Source: a bacterium
GTDB lineage: Bacteria; Zhuqueibacterota; Zhuqueibacteria; Zhuqueibacterales; Zhuqueibacteraceae
Assembly: GCA_044869275.1 (NCBI GenBank)
Contig: JBIOXB010000137.1
Span: forward strand, 1-64,000
DNA length: 64,000 bases
Direction of reading: 5' to 3'
The notes under the pieces were generated by a model that worked only from the letters and a program-made list of their open reading frames with translations, was not told the DNA's origin and did no database searches. Below, piece after piece: positions 28,032-38,106 of the stretch. The translations under genes were made by a program, and so were the position numbers. Positions within the stretch are counted from its first letter, which is position 1; every line of letters begins with the position of its first letter.

Positions 28032-29017
28032 TTTTGCTCTCCTTTCGCGGGCGCGGCCATTTGCAGCAGCGGGATGAGCGTCTGCTGCTTTTCATCGATG
28101 ATGTACAGTTCTTTGACTTTGGGCATGATCTCCAACATGGTTTCGAGATACATGCGCCGCCGCGTCACGTCGCGCGCGCGATTGTATTCCTGCCACACCG
28201 CCAGAAACTTTTGCGCGTCGCCGCCGGCGTGGTTGACGCGATTGATGGCGTAGCCTTCCGCCTCGCTGACGATTTGCTGCGCTTCGCCTTCGGCTTGCGG
28301 GATGACTTTATTGTAAGCTTCCAATGCTTCGTTGATGATGCGCTCTTTTTCCTGCTTGGCTTCGTTCACGGCATTGAAGGCAGGTTGCACCAGTGGCGGC
28401 GGATTGACATCCTGCAGGTTGACCGTAACCACGTCCACGCCGATTTCGTAGCGATTCAGCATCTCTTGTATGAAATCGCGCACTTTCAAGGCAATGTCCT
28501 GGCGGCTGGCGATAATGACCTCGTCCACGCTGTGATCGCCCACGGCTTCACGCATCGCCGATTCGGAAACGTGGCGAATCGTGGCCTCCGCGTTTCTGGC
28601 GCTGAACAGGAATTTCACCGGATCTTTGATACGATATTGCACGATCCATTCCACCACGGCCGAATTCAAATCGCCGGTAAGCATGAGCGATTCGTTGGAA
28701 AAATCGCCCTCGGCAAACGTCGAGCGTACGCCCGCTTCGGCTGTGCGGAAGCCGAATTCTTCCTTGAACACACGCTGCACTTTCACCTTTTGCACGGTTT
28801 CTATGCCCAAAGGCAAACGCAGATGCAAACCGGGCTCGGTCGTGCTCACGTACTTGCCGAAGCGTTGAATCACCCCCACTTCATCGGCGTCGACCGTATA
28901 AAAAGTTGAGAAAAGCAGCGACAAAACCAGCAAGCCGCCGATGCCAAACATCAGCCACTTTCTGTCGAAAACTGGCAAGCGGAATTCGCGCTGGCCAAAA
29001 TCAGGTCTGCTTTGCAC
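28028..29017 (-). CDS. hflK: FtsH protease modulator HflK
   Basis: MLTGDLN, LQDVNPP..VQPAFNAV, VTRRRMYLETM; coupled to hflC. Confidence 0.93.
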   Translation of the reverse strand: MQSRPDFGQREFRLPVFDRKWLMFGIGGLLVLSLLFSTFYTVDADEVGVIQRFGKYVSTTEPGLHLRLPLGIETVQKVKVQRVFKEEFGFRTAEAGVRSTFAEGDFSNESLMLTGDLNSAVVEWIVQYRIKDPVKFLFSARNAEATIRHVSESAMREAVGDHSVDEVIIASRQDIALKVRDFIQEMLNRYEIGVDVVTVNLQDVNPPPLVQPAFNAVNEAKQEKERIINEALEAYNKVIPQAEGEAQQIVSEAEGYAINRVNHAGGDAQKFLAVWQEYNRARDVTRRRMYLETMLEIMPKVKELYIIDEKQQTLIPLLQMAAPAKGEQK

Positions 29018-29073
29018 GATATCTCATCCTTCTCCTCGTGAGTCTCAAGAAAAAGCTGTTGTGTGAGTTAGTG

Positions 29074-29191
29074 CCATTACAAGTTAAATCTGTGCTTTTT
29101 GAGCAAAGAAATCCAAAATCCAAGGCTCAAAATTCAATACCCACTTTGGGCTTGGTGTTTTGAGTTTTTCGTTTCCAGCTTGTCCGGGTTA
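29074..29191. repeat. Dispersed ~118-bp repeat, copy 1
   Basis: Closely similar to 49635-49752; internal GCTCAAAA..TTTTGAG palindrome. Confidence 0.75.
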
Positions 29192-29298
29192 GGTACCATG
29201 CGCGAAGTACAATGGCCCAAACGACAAGACCTTCCCGGTCTGATCACCAGGAAGGCCTTACACAATTATACGACTTTATTTTGCCAGAACCAACTGGT

Positions 29299-31968
29299 TT
29301 ATCGCGTGATGAGCAATTTGCGCGTCATCTGTTGCGTGCCGGCTTTCAAGACGTAAAAATAAATGCCGTTGGCCGTGAGCACCCCGCGCTGATCGCGGCC
29401 ATTCCAGCGCGCCAGATGGCGGCCCGCGGTCTGTGGGCCGGATTGCAAGGTGTTGATCAACCGCCCCTGCAGATTATAGATCTTCAATTCCACCACTTCC
29501 GGACGCGGCAAGATATATTCGATTTGCGTTTCCGCGCGAAAAGGATTGGGCCGGTTCTGCTGCAGCGCAAATTCGTTGGGGACGTCCGTTTCTTCCCCAA
29601 CACCAACTGGCGGCGATACTTGCAACCTGACGGGAATAGCCCGTTCCGCGTTGTTCGGATCATTGGTGTTGATAATAAGCAACGCCGAATACGATTGGAT
29701 TTTCAGACCGTTGGTGTTGAAATTGACCGTAATATTCTGGCTGCCCGCGCCGTTGATCGAGCCGGAACCGGGTGAAGCGCTCAGCCAAAGCGCATCTGCA
29801 TTTGCATCGAAGCCGATGGTGCCGTGTCCTTCGTTCGGCGCGACGTCGGCGCTGGTGGCGCCATCTTCAATGCTGCCGGCGAAATAAAATGCGCTTGCTA
29901 CTACATTGAGATTACCGTCATCATTGCCAAGGTCGCTCAACAAAATTGTTGCGGTGATCGAGCTATCCGTTCCGACAATCACGGCATCGGGGCGAACCAA
30001 TGGCGCGCCACCAGCCACGTTATCGAAAATGACCACCGCCGCCGGGGGAATTGGAAAACCAGGCACCGGCAATGCCCGCACAGTCAGAATGACATCGAAT
30101 TCAGGGCCGAGATCGTTCAAGAAGATTCCAATTGAGGACTCGCCGGTGCTAGGGTTTTGGTCGGTATCCAAAGTCAAACCTGTCACTAAACTGTCGCGAT
30201 CCACAGGATGCGCAAATTTCATTTTGATGGCAATGGCATCCGTTTTTTTCTCTGCGAGAACGCTGACGAAATCAGGTTGAGGCCCGCCAAAAACATCACC
30301 AATGGAGTCCGTGATGATGGTCTCCAATTGCTGAATCTGGTTGGCGAACAAACTGGGCTCATGCGCCGCAATCACGGGCGGGTTTTCTTTCAAAACCTGG
30401 CCGAGCCGCGCGAGAAGTTGTACGGAGGAGGTCGGAGAAGAAGCCGCCAAACCGGGGCCGTTGACATCACGAATTGAAAAACGCAACGTACCCGGCCCAG
30501 TGTTCCTCAAAGAGAAAGTCTGCTCTGCGACGGAATTCACGGGCAGGGCAGCCGCAACGCTGTCGATGTCCAAAGCGAGAAAAGCATTTTCCGGTTGCAA
30601 GGCAAAATCCAGCCGCAAATTCTGAGCACCTGGAGCTATGTCAATTTGCAGCGTATCTGCAAAGTAACCCAGCCGAGAAGCAATGAGGGTGTGCCTGCCC
30701 TGGTTGGTGCGGAAGACGTACGCGCCACTGGCATTTGTCTGCACGGCTTTCTGGGCTTCCACGAAATGCAAAGTGACCTCTCCCAGCGCGGCCGTGGTTT
30801 CACGATTCGTCACTCTCCCCATTACACCGCCAGCCTCAACGGTATCGAACTTGAATACGTACAAGCCGGTTTGTATGTCCGAAACCACGATCGTGCCGGA
30901 GGGAAAATATGGATACACGCCCCAGTCGCCGTTGAAGCCTTGGCCGGGATCAGGATAGGTGTCGTAATAAGCCACTTCCACCGGGTCGCGCGGATTGGAA
31001 ATATCCAGGATTTTCACGCCCTCCACATAATGCGAGAGATAGGCATATTGGCCCCGCACATGCACGTTATGAGCGATTTGATCCGGATTGCCGATATATT
31101 CCGCCACCAATTCAATATTGTTGTCATTGGAAGGGTCATTATCCCACAACACGCGAATATCCCAAAACTTGACGGTGTAACCTGTGACTTCATCGGTGGT
31201 AATGAGATAATTGCTGTCTTCGGTTACGCCGGAATTGTGGGAAAACCCGCGCGGATATACAAGCTTCGTGAGCAATCTTGGCTGGCTGCGATCGGAGACG
31301 TCGAGAATATCCACGTGGCCGCCATCATTGATATTGCTGTTGAATAGAATATTGTTGTGCAGGAACGAATCGTGCACATAGTGCCGACTATAGTTGCTCA
31401 CCGGCTGAGGCAGCAAGGGATCAGCCAAACTGAAAATACGAATTCCGCCGTTGGCACCTCCAGTTCCAGCAGTCGCTGTGCCGCCTTGAATGTAGAGGTG
31501 GCCGGAGTCGTCCACACTGACAGAATGCGCTCTCGCGTTCGCTGCGGTCACTCCCGGCCATAAGATTGAGTAGAAGATGGGAGCCGGATCCGGCAAGGTG
31601 CCCAAATACACGACTTGAATGCCACTATATTCGTTGGGAGCAGTGGCTTCGCTGACCACGTAGGCAACGTCCCGATAAGTCTTGATCTCCCTCCATGCGG
31701 TCGGTCCGGGCCCCGGCACAAAAGCGGCTTCTACAGGATGGCTAGGGTCTGTAATGTTCACGATCGATAGCCCCACGTCTGTGCCGAGCAGCGCATACTC
31801 GCGTCCTTGAGGATCAGTGTAACCCCAAATATTCGAGTAACCATGGTATTGGTGCAAATGGCCAAGCAAGGTCAGATTGTTGTTCACACCCGGTTGGTAT
31901 TGTGCGAATCCTGAAACGACGAGCAAAGCCAGAAACAGCGAGGAATTGTATACGAATCGCATAGGCAT
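29299..31968 (-). CDS. Secreted choice-of-anchor B / LVIVD-repeat protein with carboxypeptidase-regulatory-like and FlgD-type C-terminal domains
   Basis: SNIWGYTDPQGREYALLG, WREIKTY, HNVHV, WGVYPYFPSG, QNRPNPF..WNGRD..GIYFY. Confidence 0.85.
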   Translation of the reverse strand: MPMRFVYNSSLFLALLVVSGFAQYQPGVNNNLTLLGHLHQYHGYSNIWGYTDPQGREYALLGTDVGLSIVNITDPSHPVEAAFVPGPGPTAWREIKTYRDVAYVVSEATAPNEYSGIQVVYLGTLPDPAPIFYSILWPGVTAANARAHSVSVDDSGHLYIQGGTATAGTGGANGGIRIFSLADPLLPQPVSNYSRHYVHDSFLHNNILFNSNINDGGHVDILDVSDRSQPRLLTKLVYPRGFSHNSGVTEDSNYLITTDEVTGYTVKFWDIRVLWDNDPSNDNNIELVAEYIGNPDQIAHNVHVRGQYAYLSHYVEGVKILDISNPRDPVEVAYYDTYPDPGQGFNGDWGVYPYFPSGTIVVSDIQTGLYVFKFDTVEAGGVMGRVTNRETTAALGEVTLHFVEAQKAVQTNASGAYVFRTNQGRHTLIASRLGYFADTLQIDIAPGAQNLRLDFALQPENAFLALDIDSVAAALPVNSVAEQTFSLRNTGPGTLRFSIRDVNGPGLAASSPTSSVQLLARLGQVLKENPPVIAAHEPSLFANQIQQLETIITDSIGDVFGGPQPDFVSVLAEKKTDAIAIKMKFAHPVDRDSLVTGLTLDTDQNPSTGESSIGIFLNDLGPEFDVILTVRALPVPGFPIPPAAVVIFDNVAGGAPLVRPDAVIVGTDSSITATILLSDLGNDDGNLNVVASAFYFAGSIEDGATSADVAPNEGHGTIGFDANADALWLSASPGSGSINGAGSQNITVNFNTNGLKIQSYSALLIINTNDPNNAERAIPVRLQVSPPVGVGEETDVPNEFALQQNRPNPFRAETQIEYILPRPEVVELKIYNLQGRLINTLQSGPQTAGRHLARWNGRDQRGVLTANGIYFYVLKAGTQQMTRKLLITR

Positions 31969-32269
31969 CCTCCGCGGAGAAGTTGTTGGGGGGATTAGTC
32001 TAACCACGCTGGCTTGAAGTGAGCGCTCAGCCAAACCGTCGGCCAGGGGTTGTACCCTGCCATCATACGCAGGCATGTCCCGGGGGTTTCAATCGCGACT
32101 GCAGGATTGTTCTGACGGCGTTCAACCAGGAGGAGGGCGCGCTTACGGAAAGGACGAGCCGGACGAGAGGTGGTCGGGAAGGCGGGTGTATCGTGAGCCT
32201 TGGATCCTGAAATCCCGGGACAATCTGCAGAGCTACCGCAAAAACGATCGTCCCGAGACGGAGCATGTT

Positions 32270-33355
32270 CTATTTCGGAGCGGAAAGTTGCTGAAGGAGT
32301 TCACCGGCCTTTTGGCTGCGGCCGTGACCATGCAAGCTCCGGCTGCGTTCGAGGTATGCAAGGGCGTCATCCCGGCGTTCTAAAATCAGGCATGCTTTGG
32401 CGGCAAAGTAATACGCCGGACCCACGAATTCGGGGTCCGGCGGTACGGCGTAACTTTGGTTTTCCGGCAATGCTTGTTCCATCTTTTTAAGCGCGGCGGC
32501 GATGCGAGGCTCATTGAAGTGTGGGAAGAACCCGAGATAATCGGATTGCCCCTCCTTGAGCGTGCTGAGCAATTCGTAAAGCCGGAAACGAAACAAGGCT
32601 TCGCCTTCCAGCTCGCGCTCATCCACACCCGCGAGCGCATCCAGGGCCCCTGAAACGTCAGCATCGATCAAAGCCTCGTGCGCAGCTTGTAAAATCGGAT
32701 TAGCCTCATCAGATGCGCGGTCGCGGTCCCTTTGCAGGCAGGAACGAAGGTCTTCACCGCGCATGTCCCTGACAGCGAAGTCGTTGGACCGGCGCGCCTC
32801 ACTCGCAAAAAAGATGAGCAGATACGAAGTGAGGATGCCAACCGAGGCCATCGTCGTCTTCATCAGCTTCGAAGTGAACCGGCTCATGGAATTGAGGTTG
32901 GGCTTGGTTCCGGCGGGAAAAGGTGTTCCAGCCTGGACCGGCTCGGCCGGCAGGGCGAACTTCTCCACCGTGCCAAATACGATTTCTTCGCAGCGTGCGA
33001 GCTCTTCTTGCAAATGCCGCTCGCGCGAGCGGCATAAGGAGCATCTTTGCAGATGGGCACGATGCCGCTGCAGCATTTTGCGGTCGGCGGCAGGCAAATC
33101 GGCGTGCGAGTCCATGGCCGTCAAGTGAAACAGCAATTGTCCTCGCGACAAATGTACGGATGCCTGAAAACTCTTCTTGACTCTTTGCCGCAGCCGTCCC
33201 GAGGTATTTATGATGCGCTGGCAATCGGGACAATGCGGGAGATGTTTTTCAAGACGGCTGGCGAGATTGGCGGGTACTTCTAAGTCGCCTTCGAGGGCGT
33301 ATTGCAATTCCCGGTGCTCTTCATGTGTCAATTCCATGACTTGAACCCTCCCCAT
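32270..33355 (-). CDS. Putative anti-sigma factor with two zinc-binding HxxxCxxC motifs
   Basis: HLPHCPDC and HLQRCSLC, central TM segment, helical C-terminus; downstream of an ECF sigma. Confidence 0.7.
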   Translation of the reverse strand: MGRVQVMELTHEEHRELQYALEGDLEVPANLASRLEKHLPHCPDCQRIINTSGRLRQRVKKSFQASVHLSRGQLLFHLTAMDSHADLPAADRKMLQRHRAHLQRCSLCRSRERHLQEELARCEEIVFGTVEKFALPAEPVQAGTPFPAGTKPNLNSMSRFTSKLMKTTMASVGILTSYLLIFFASEARRSNDFAVRDMRGEDLRSCLQRDRDRASDEANPILQAAHEALIDADVSGALDALAGVDERELEGEALFRFRLYELLSTLKEGQSDYLGFFPHFNEPRIAAALKKMEQALPENQSYAVPPDPEFVGPAYYFAAKACLILERRDDALAYLERSRSLHGHGRSQKAGELLQQLSAPK

Positions 33356-33962
33356 GGTGAAGGTTGAGATGTTTCTGCAATAGTCTCTTTGCCCGGGTGA
33401 GATACATGCGCGCGGTGTTGGGCTTTATCCCGGTGGCTTTCGAAATATCACTAAAAGGCAAGTCGTCGACGAAATGCAGGGTGATGACGATCCTTTGCTT
33501 CTCAGAGAGCTGGCGCATCAGGATCGCAAAGTCGAGCTTATCGATTTGCCGGGACTGTTCTTCTTCACTCAGCCTTTCGCTGCCGGCGTCGAAACGAGCG
33601 TCATTGTCTTGTGAGGCGTTGCTCAAAAGCTGAAAATAGCGCCGGAAAGCCGTGCAGCGCTGGCCTATCAAGACTGCCGGAAGCCAGCCGCGCAAGCGCT
33701 GAATCGTGCCCAGCTGCTCGAGCAATTGGATCATCACGTCTTGCGCAAAATCGTCTGCGTCATACACCGACGGCAGCCCGACCAAGCGCGCATACTTGTG
33801 CGCCGCTGCGAAGACATATTGGCACAATTGTGCTCGCGCTTGCTCATCTCCGCCCTGAGCTTGCCTCAAGAGCGTTTCGTGAAGTTCTTGGATTTTGGAA
33901 CCACCCTGCTCACCCTCCCCGTAAGATGGTCGTCTCCGGGAATGCAAACCTGCGCCTTTCAC
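33321..33962 (-). CDS. ECF-family sigma factor
   Basis: AQGGDEQA, DADDFAQDV, LSEKQRIVITLHFVDDLPFSDIS..NTARMYLTRAK. Confidence 0.85.
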   Translation of the reverse strand: MKGAGLHSRRRPSYGEGEQGGSKIQELHETLLRQAQGGDEQARAQLCQYVFAAAHKYARLVGLPSVYDADDFAQDVMIQLLEQLGTIQRLRGWLPAVLIGQRCTAFRRYFQLLSNASQDNDARFDAGSERLSEEEQSRQIDKLDFAILMRQLSEKQRIVITLHFVDDLPFSDISKATGIKPNTARMYLTRAKRLLQKHLNLHHGEGSSHGIDT

Positions 33963-34200
33963 GTTTGTCTCCTACAACCAGTTTAGGAGTTCCAAACAGG
34001 TTGCTGAAATGTGCCGCAATCTGGGGGGAGAATTCGGTCGATTGGCGCGAACTTACCGATTAGTACCTACATTTGCAAGGACTATTTTTAAAGAACAGGC
34101 TTGCAAATCTAAAAAACGTTTTGAACATTTTCTTCCCGGCGAAGTGGCCAACCGCGCAGTGCGCCGGCACAGACGACAAACTTTGAAAGGAAAAAAACAC

Positions 34201-34422
34201 ATGCCTCCCGAACCGAAAAAGCAAGATGCGAATGCACCGGTTTCCTTAATTGTAGAAATCAAATCGCCCGACGGACGCGTGTGGGGCGTGTTGACCGCCA
34301 GCCGCAAACATTTCTCCTCCGGCTCGGTGGGTTTTTATGCGAACGGCAAAATCGAAAACCCAGATTCGCAAGAAAAGTATCAAGTGGGCGCGAATATTAC
34401 CCTCGTCGGCAGCAAACCTTAG
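34201..34422 (+). CDS. Small hypothetical protein
   Basis: 73 aa with GAAAGGA RBS; FSSGSVGFYANGKI...YQVGANITLVGSK. Confidence 0.7.
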   Translation: MPPEPKKQDANAPVSLIVEIKSPDGRVWGVLTASRKHFSSGSVGFYANGKIENPDSQEKYQVGANITLVGSKP

Positions 34423-34428
34423 TTCAAC

Positions 34429-35289
34429 CTAATTGCCGGCCGCTTTTTGTGCTTGCACGTATTCTCGAAAGATCTCTTGCAGGCGCCTGGTCACCGGGCC
34501 CGGCCTGCCTTCGCCAATTTCGTTTTGGTCGATGCGTATCAGAGGCGTAATCTCGCCCGAGGTCAGCGTGATGAAAGCCTCATCTGCGTGCTTGAATTCG
34601 CTCACCGTAAAAGCCCGCTCCTGGCAGGCTAGCTTTGATTGCCGGCACAAATCAAGCACAACTTGACGCGTGATCCCGGGCAGCAGGATCGGCGCCTGCG
34701 GATGCGTGGCGATCACGCCCCGCAAAATCGCAAACACGTTGCTATGGCTGGCTTCAACCACGATTCCCTCGCGTAAGAAAACCGCTTCCTCCGCACCGGC
34801 TTCGTGCGCCTGCTGATTGGCCAGGACATTCGGCAAGAGATTCGTGGTCTTCAAATCGCAGCGCCCCCAGCGCAAATCCGGCACTGTGATCGCGGCGATC
34901 CCTTTTTCTGTCCAAGTGAGATTTGGCTGCAAAGGATTGGTCGCCATGAAAACCGTGGGCGGCACCGGCGGCGCGGGAAAGGCGTGGCGGCGTGGCTGCG
35001 CCGCGCCGCGTGTGATTTGCAGATATACGGTGGCGTCAGTTTCTGCAAGCTCGTTCATGCGCAGAAGCTCAGTCGCCGTTTCCACGAATCTTTCACACTC
35101 AGGCACCTCCACGCGCAAAGCACGCAGTCCATTGCGCAAGCGCTGCACGTGTGCCTCTTTTTCAAAGAGAAAGCCGCGATAGCTGCGGAAAACCTCATAC
35201 ACGCTGTCGCCCAGCAGAAAACCGCGATCTTCCACTGAAATCGCAGCCTCTGCGCGTGGCAGAAACTGGCCGTTGAGATAGACGAGCAT
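34429..35289 (-). CDS. Class IV PLP aminotransferase (D-amino-acid transaminase-like)
   Basis: EDRGFLLGDSVYE, YLQITRG, RCDLKTTNLLPN, LPGITR. Confidence 0.88.
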   Translation of the reverse strand: MLVYLNGQFLPRAEAAISVEDRGFLLGDSVYEVFRSYRGFLFEKEAHVQRLRNGLRALRVEVPECERFVETATELLRMNELAETDATVYLQITRGAAQPRRHAFPAPPVPPTVFMATNPLQPNLTWTEKGIAAITVPDLRWGRCDLKTTNLLPNVLANQQAHEAGAEEAVFLREGIVVEASHSNVFAILRGVIATHPQAPILLPGITRQVVLDLCRQSKLACQERAFTVSEFKHADEAFITLTSGEITPLIRIDQNEIGEGRPGPVTRRLQEIFREYVQAQKAAGN

Positions 35290-35311
35290 GCGATTGGATT
35301 CCTGATTGCCA

Positions 35312-35345
35312 AAAACCTTCCAGGTCTTTAAGACCTGGAAGGTTT
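35312..35345. repeat. REP-like perfect palindrome
   Basis: AAACCTTCCAGGTCT-TTA-AGACCTGGAAGGTTT; degenerate relative near 29225-29258. Confidence 0.6.
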
Positions 35346-35806
35346 CATTTCCAGTTCTTTTCCAGTTCACGTATTCTTTCTCGAACCGCATCCGGCAATG
35401 CCGCTTTTTTGTTCTGGCGATAGTCGAAAGCCACGATTTCCGCCGTGCCCTCCGCCGCGATTTTTTGCAAGCGCTGGCTGAAAATACGAAGCTCCATCAC
35501 AAAACGATCATCTCTAATTTCCGTCACGCGCGCGCCAATGGAAATTGTGTCAGGGTAGGTCAACGGCTTGCGAAAGCGGCATTGCGTGTGCGCCAGAATC
35601 GGGCCGATCCCGCCGTGCACGGCGGGATCATCAAAATGAATACGCTCAAAATAGGCGAGACGCGCGCTTTCAAAATAGCGAAAATAAACGATGTTATTCA
35701 CGTGCTGGAACGCGTCCATCTCGCCCCAGGCGACAGGGGTTTTGATGACGACGGGGGATTGCTCGAGCAAATCCAGGGGCATAAAAGCTCCGGCCATGCT
35801 AATCAT
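35345..35806 (-). CDS. Acyl-CoA thioesterase (4HBT/hotdog fold)
   Basis: WGEMDAFQHVNNIVYFRYFE. Confidence 0.9.
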   Translation of the reverse strand: MISMAGAFMPLDLLEQSPVVIKTPVAWGEMDAFQHVNNIVYFRYFESARLAYFERIHFDDPAVHGGIGPILAHTQCRFRKPLTYPDTISIGARVTEIRDDRFVMELRIFSQRLQKIAAEGTAEIVAFDYRQNKKAALPDAVRERIRELEKNWK

Positions 35807-36545
35807 TTCCGTGGATCATTGCAATAAATCTCTGCTCCAGCGAGGAACCCTCCGACCGCAGTTTTTCCCACTCCTCCCGCCGCATCTCGGCCAAAACGCG
35901 GCCGCGATGCAAGAGAATTATGCGATCGCACAGATGCTCCACGGTTTCAATGATATGTGAAGAAAACAAAACCGTGCCGCCAGTGCGGCAATACTCGCGC
36001 AGGAATTCCTTGAAGTGAAAGCTCGCTTCCGGATCGAGCCCATTGGTGGCTTCGTCCAACAGCAAAATATCGGGCGCACCAACCAAAGCAGCGCACAGGC
36101 TGAGCTTGCGCCGCATGCCATGCGAATAGTTTTTGATCAACTCACCGGCTTTCGCAGTCAATTCAAAAAACGCCAGCCATTTCTCAATATCCTCTTGTTC
36201 TTTGCTTTTTTCTTTTTGCTCTTTGTCGTTTGCTGTTCCCTTGGCGGCCGCGATGAACTGCAAAAATTCCGCGCCGGTCAAATACTCATAGAAAATCGGG
36301 TTCTCCGGAGAATATCCCAGGCGCCGTTTGTATTCGACCTCTCCGAAAATGATTTGCTGCTCCGCCAGATAAATCTCGCCTTCGTCCGCGGCCAGCAATC
36401 CCACGATGATCTTGAACAGTGTCGATTTACCCGCGCCGTTCGGGCCGAGCACGCCGCACAGTTCGCCTTGGGCTAGGGCAAAGGAAACGTGATCGAGCGC
36501 CTGCACATGATCGAATCTCTTGCTGAGACCACGAATGGCAATCAT
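35799..36545 (-). CDS. ABC transporter ATP-binding protein
   Basis: GPNGAGKST, YSHGMRRK, LLDEATNGLD. Confidence 0.92.
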   Translation of the reverse strand: MIAIRGLSKRFDHVQALDHVSFALAQGELCGVLGPNGAGKSTLFKIIVGLLAADEGEIYLAEQQIIFGEVEYKRRLGYSPENPIFYEYLTGAEFLQFIAAAKGTANDKEQKEKSKEQEDIEKWLAFFELTAKAGELIKNYSHGMRRKLSLCAALVGAPDILLLDEATNGLDPEASFHFKEFLREYCRTGGTVLFSSHIIETVEHLCDRIILLHRGRVLAEMRREEWEKLRSEGSSLEQRFIAMIHGND

Positions 36546-36546
36546 G

Positions 36547-37920
36547 CTATATTTCCAAAAGCTGAAAATGCCGCTGCGCTTTGCGCACCCTTGCCAGCAT
36601 GAATCCCAGCAACAGCAGCGAGCCGAATGGCATATAAAACCAAAACAGAATCGTCAATAGCACAAATACGTTCATGAGAATCCCGGCGTAATTCACGTGC
36701 GGAAACATGCCCAGGATGGCGTTGCAAAACAGCAGTGCGAAAATCGCGGGCAACACGAGCCCAGCCGCAGCCGCCCAGAGCGCCCACTTGAAGCTCATGC
36801 CGAATCTAACTGCGATCATCGCCGCGGTAAGAAACACCGGTGAAGCCAGTGTGCCGAAGGCGAACCACCAGCGTGCTTGCCACCATTGCCGCGCCGAAAC
36901 CGGCAAGAGCCGCGCCAAACTGGCATCGGTGGCCTCCTGTTGGAACAGGTACATCAGGGCATTGATCATGATCCAGCAACCTACCATGTGGAGGAAGAGG
37001 GCGGAAGCATAGGCATGGCTTGCGGTTTCCTGCGCAGCGGTGACGGCAAGTGGCAAAAGCAGCGCAGTGAGATAGATGAATAGCACTGCAGGACGGCAGC
37101 GCTTGAGCATGAGGAGGTCACGCTTGATTTGTGCGGCCAAAAATCCGCTGCAGGCAGCCCTAATTTTGGAGGTCGCCGCCGAACCTTCAAATGCCGGTTG
37201 TCGTGCCGGGGCACGGGACTCGAAAAGCAGCTCAGGCGCGCAGATCCGATGCGTATAGATCGCCACAATGCCAACGCCAACGAGTGCCATAAACAGATGA
37301 TGAAGCTCGAAAAGCGGTATAGCCTGGATCGCCGCCGACTGACTCTCTGAAGAGAAGACCAGCGCCGACGCGATCAGTGCTTCTGCGCTGCCCCATCTTG
37401 CCCACTTCTTCCACCAAGAGATTGGGCGCCGCAGGATATAAGCCTGGCAAAAAGCAAGGAGCTGCAACGCCAGCATGACAGCCGCTACCGTCGCCACCTG
37501 CACGCTGCGCGCAAAAAAATCTTCGTGGATGAATGCAAAGGGCAAAATCCCTACCGCCAACAGTCCGGCCGTTTTCAAAAAATGCCGGACAAGATGGTAG
37601 CGCGTCACCGCGTGCCTGGCAAACGGCAATGTGCCCAGCAATTGCCACTCCCCTGCTGGGCGCAAACTCACCCAGGCCATACATTCCGTAACAAAATAGA
37701 AAAGCGGTAGCAAGGTGAGCCACTGTGCCGGCCAACGCGAGACGAACTCTGGAGAAAACAAAGCCTCCAGCCGATAACCAATGTCCGCGGGCGAGCGCAC
37801 AGTCAAATATAAAAAGATGACGCCAATGAGCCCCAACTCGACCAAAGTCACACGATCGAAGTGCGCGCGAACAAAGTTGCGATAATAACGGAATCGGGTT
37901 CTGAGCAGAAGCAGAAACAT
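36547..37920 (-). CDS. Putative ABC transporter permease
   Basis: Multi-TM protein directly upstream of an ABC ATPase. Confidence 0.7.
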   Translation of the reverse strand: MFLLLLRTRFRYYRNFVRAHFDRVTLVELGLIGVIFLYLTVRSPADIGYRLEALFSPEFVSRWPAQWLTLLPLFYFVTECMAWVSLRPAGEWQLLGTLPFARHAVTRYHLVRHFLKTAGLLAVGILPFAFIHEDFFARSVQVATVAAVMLALQLLAFCQAYILRRPISWWKKWARWGSAEALIASALVFSSESQSAAIQAIPLFELHHLFMALVGVGIVAIYTHRICAPELLFESRAPARQPAFEGSAATSKIRAACSGFLAAQIKRDLLMLKRCRPAVLFIYLTALLLPLAVTAAQETASHAYASALFLHMVGCWIMINALMYLFQQEATDASLARLLPVSARQWWQARWWFAFGTLASPVFLTAAMIAVRFGMSFKWALWAAAAGLVLPAIFALLFCNAILGMFPHVNYAGILMNVFVLLTILFWFYMPFGSLLLLGFMLARVRKAQRHFQLLEI

Positions 37921-38106
37921 GGGAATTTCCGTGAATGGTCGTCGATTGACCGGTTGCTCAGGATTGAGAATTAAATGACCTTCCCATTTCTCAAACCGCG
38001 AAGGAACGCTAATAAACGCGAATTGAGAATATATTTGCGTACCTTCGCGTTCATTGGCGGTTTCAAAAAGCGGGCAAGCCATGCAAACGGCGATCCCACA
38101 TAGGCA

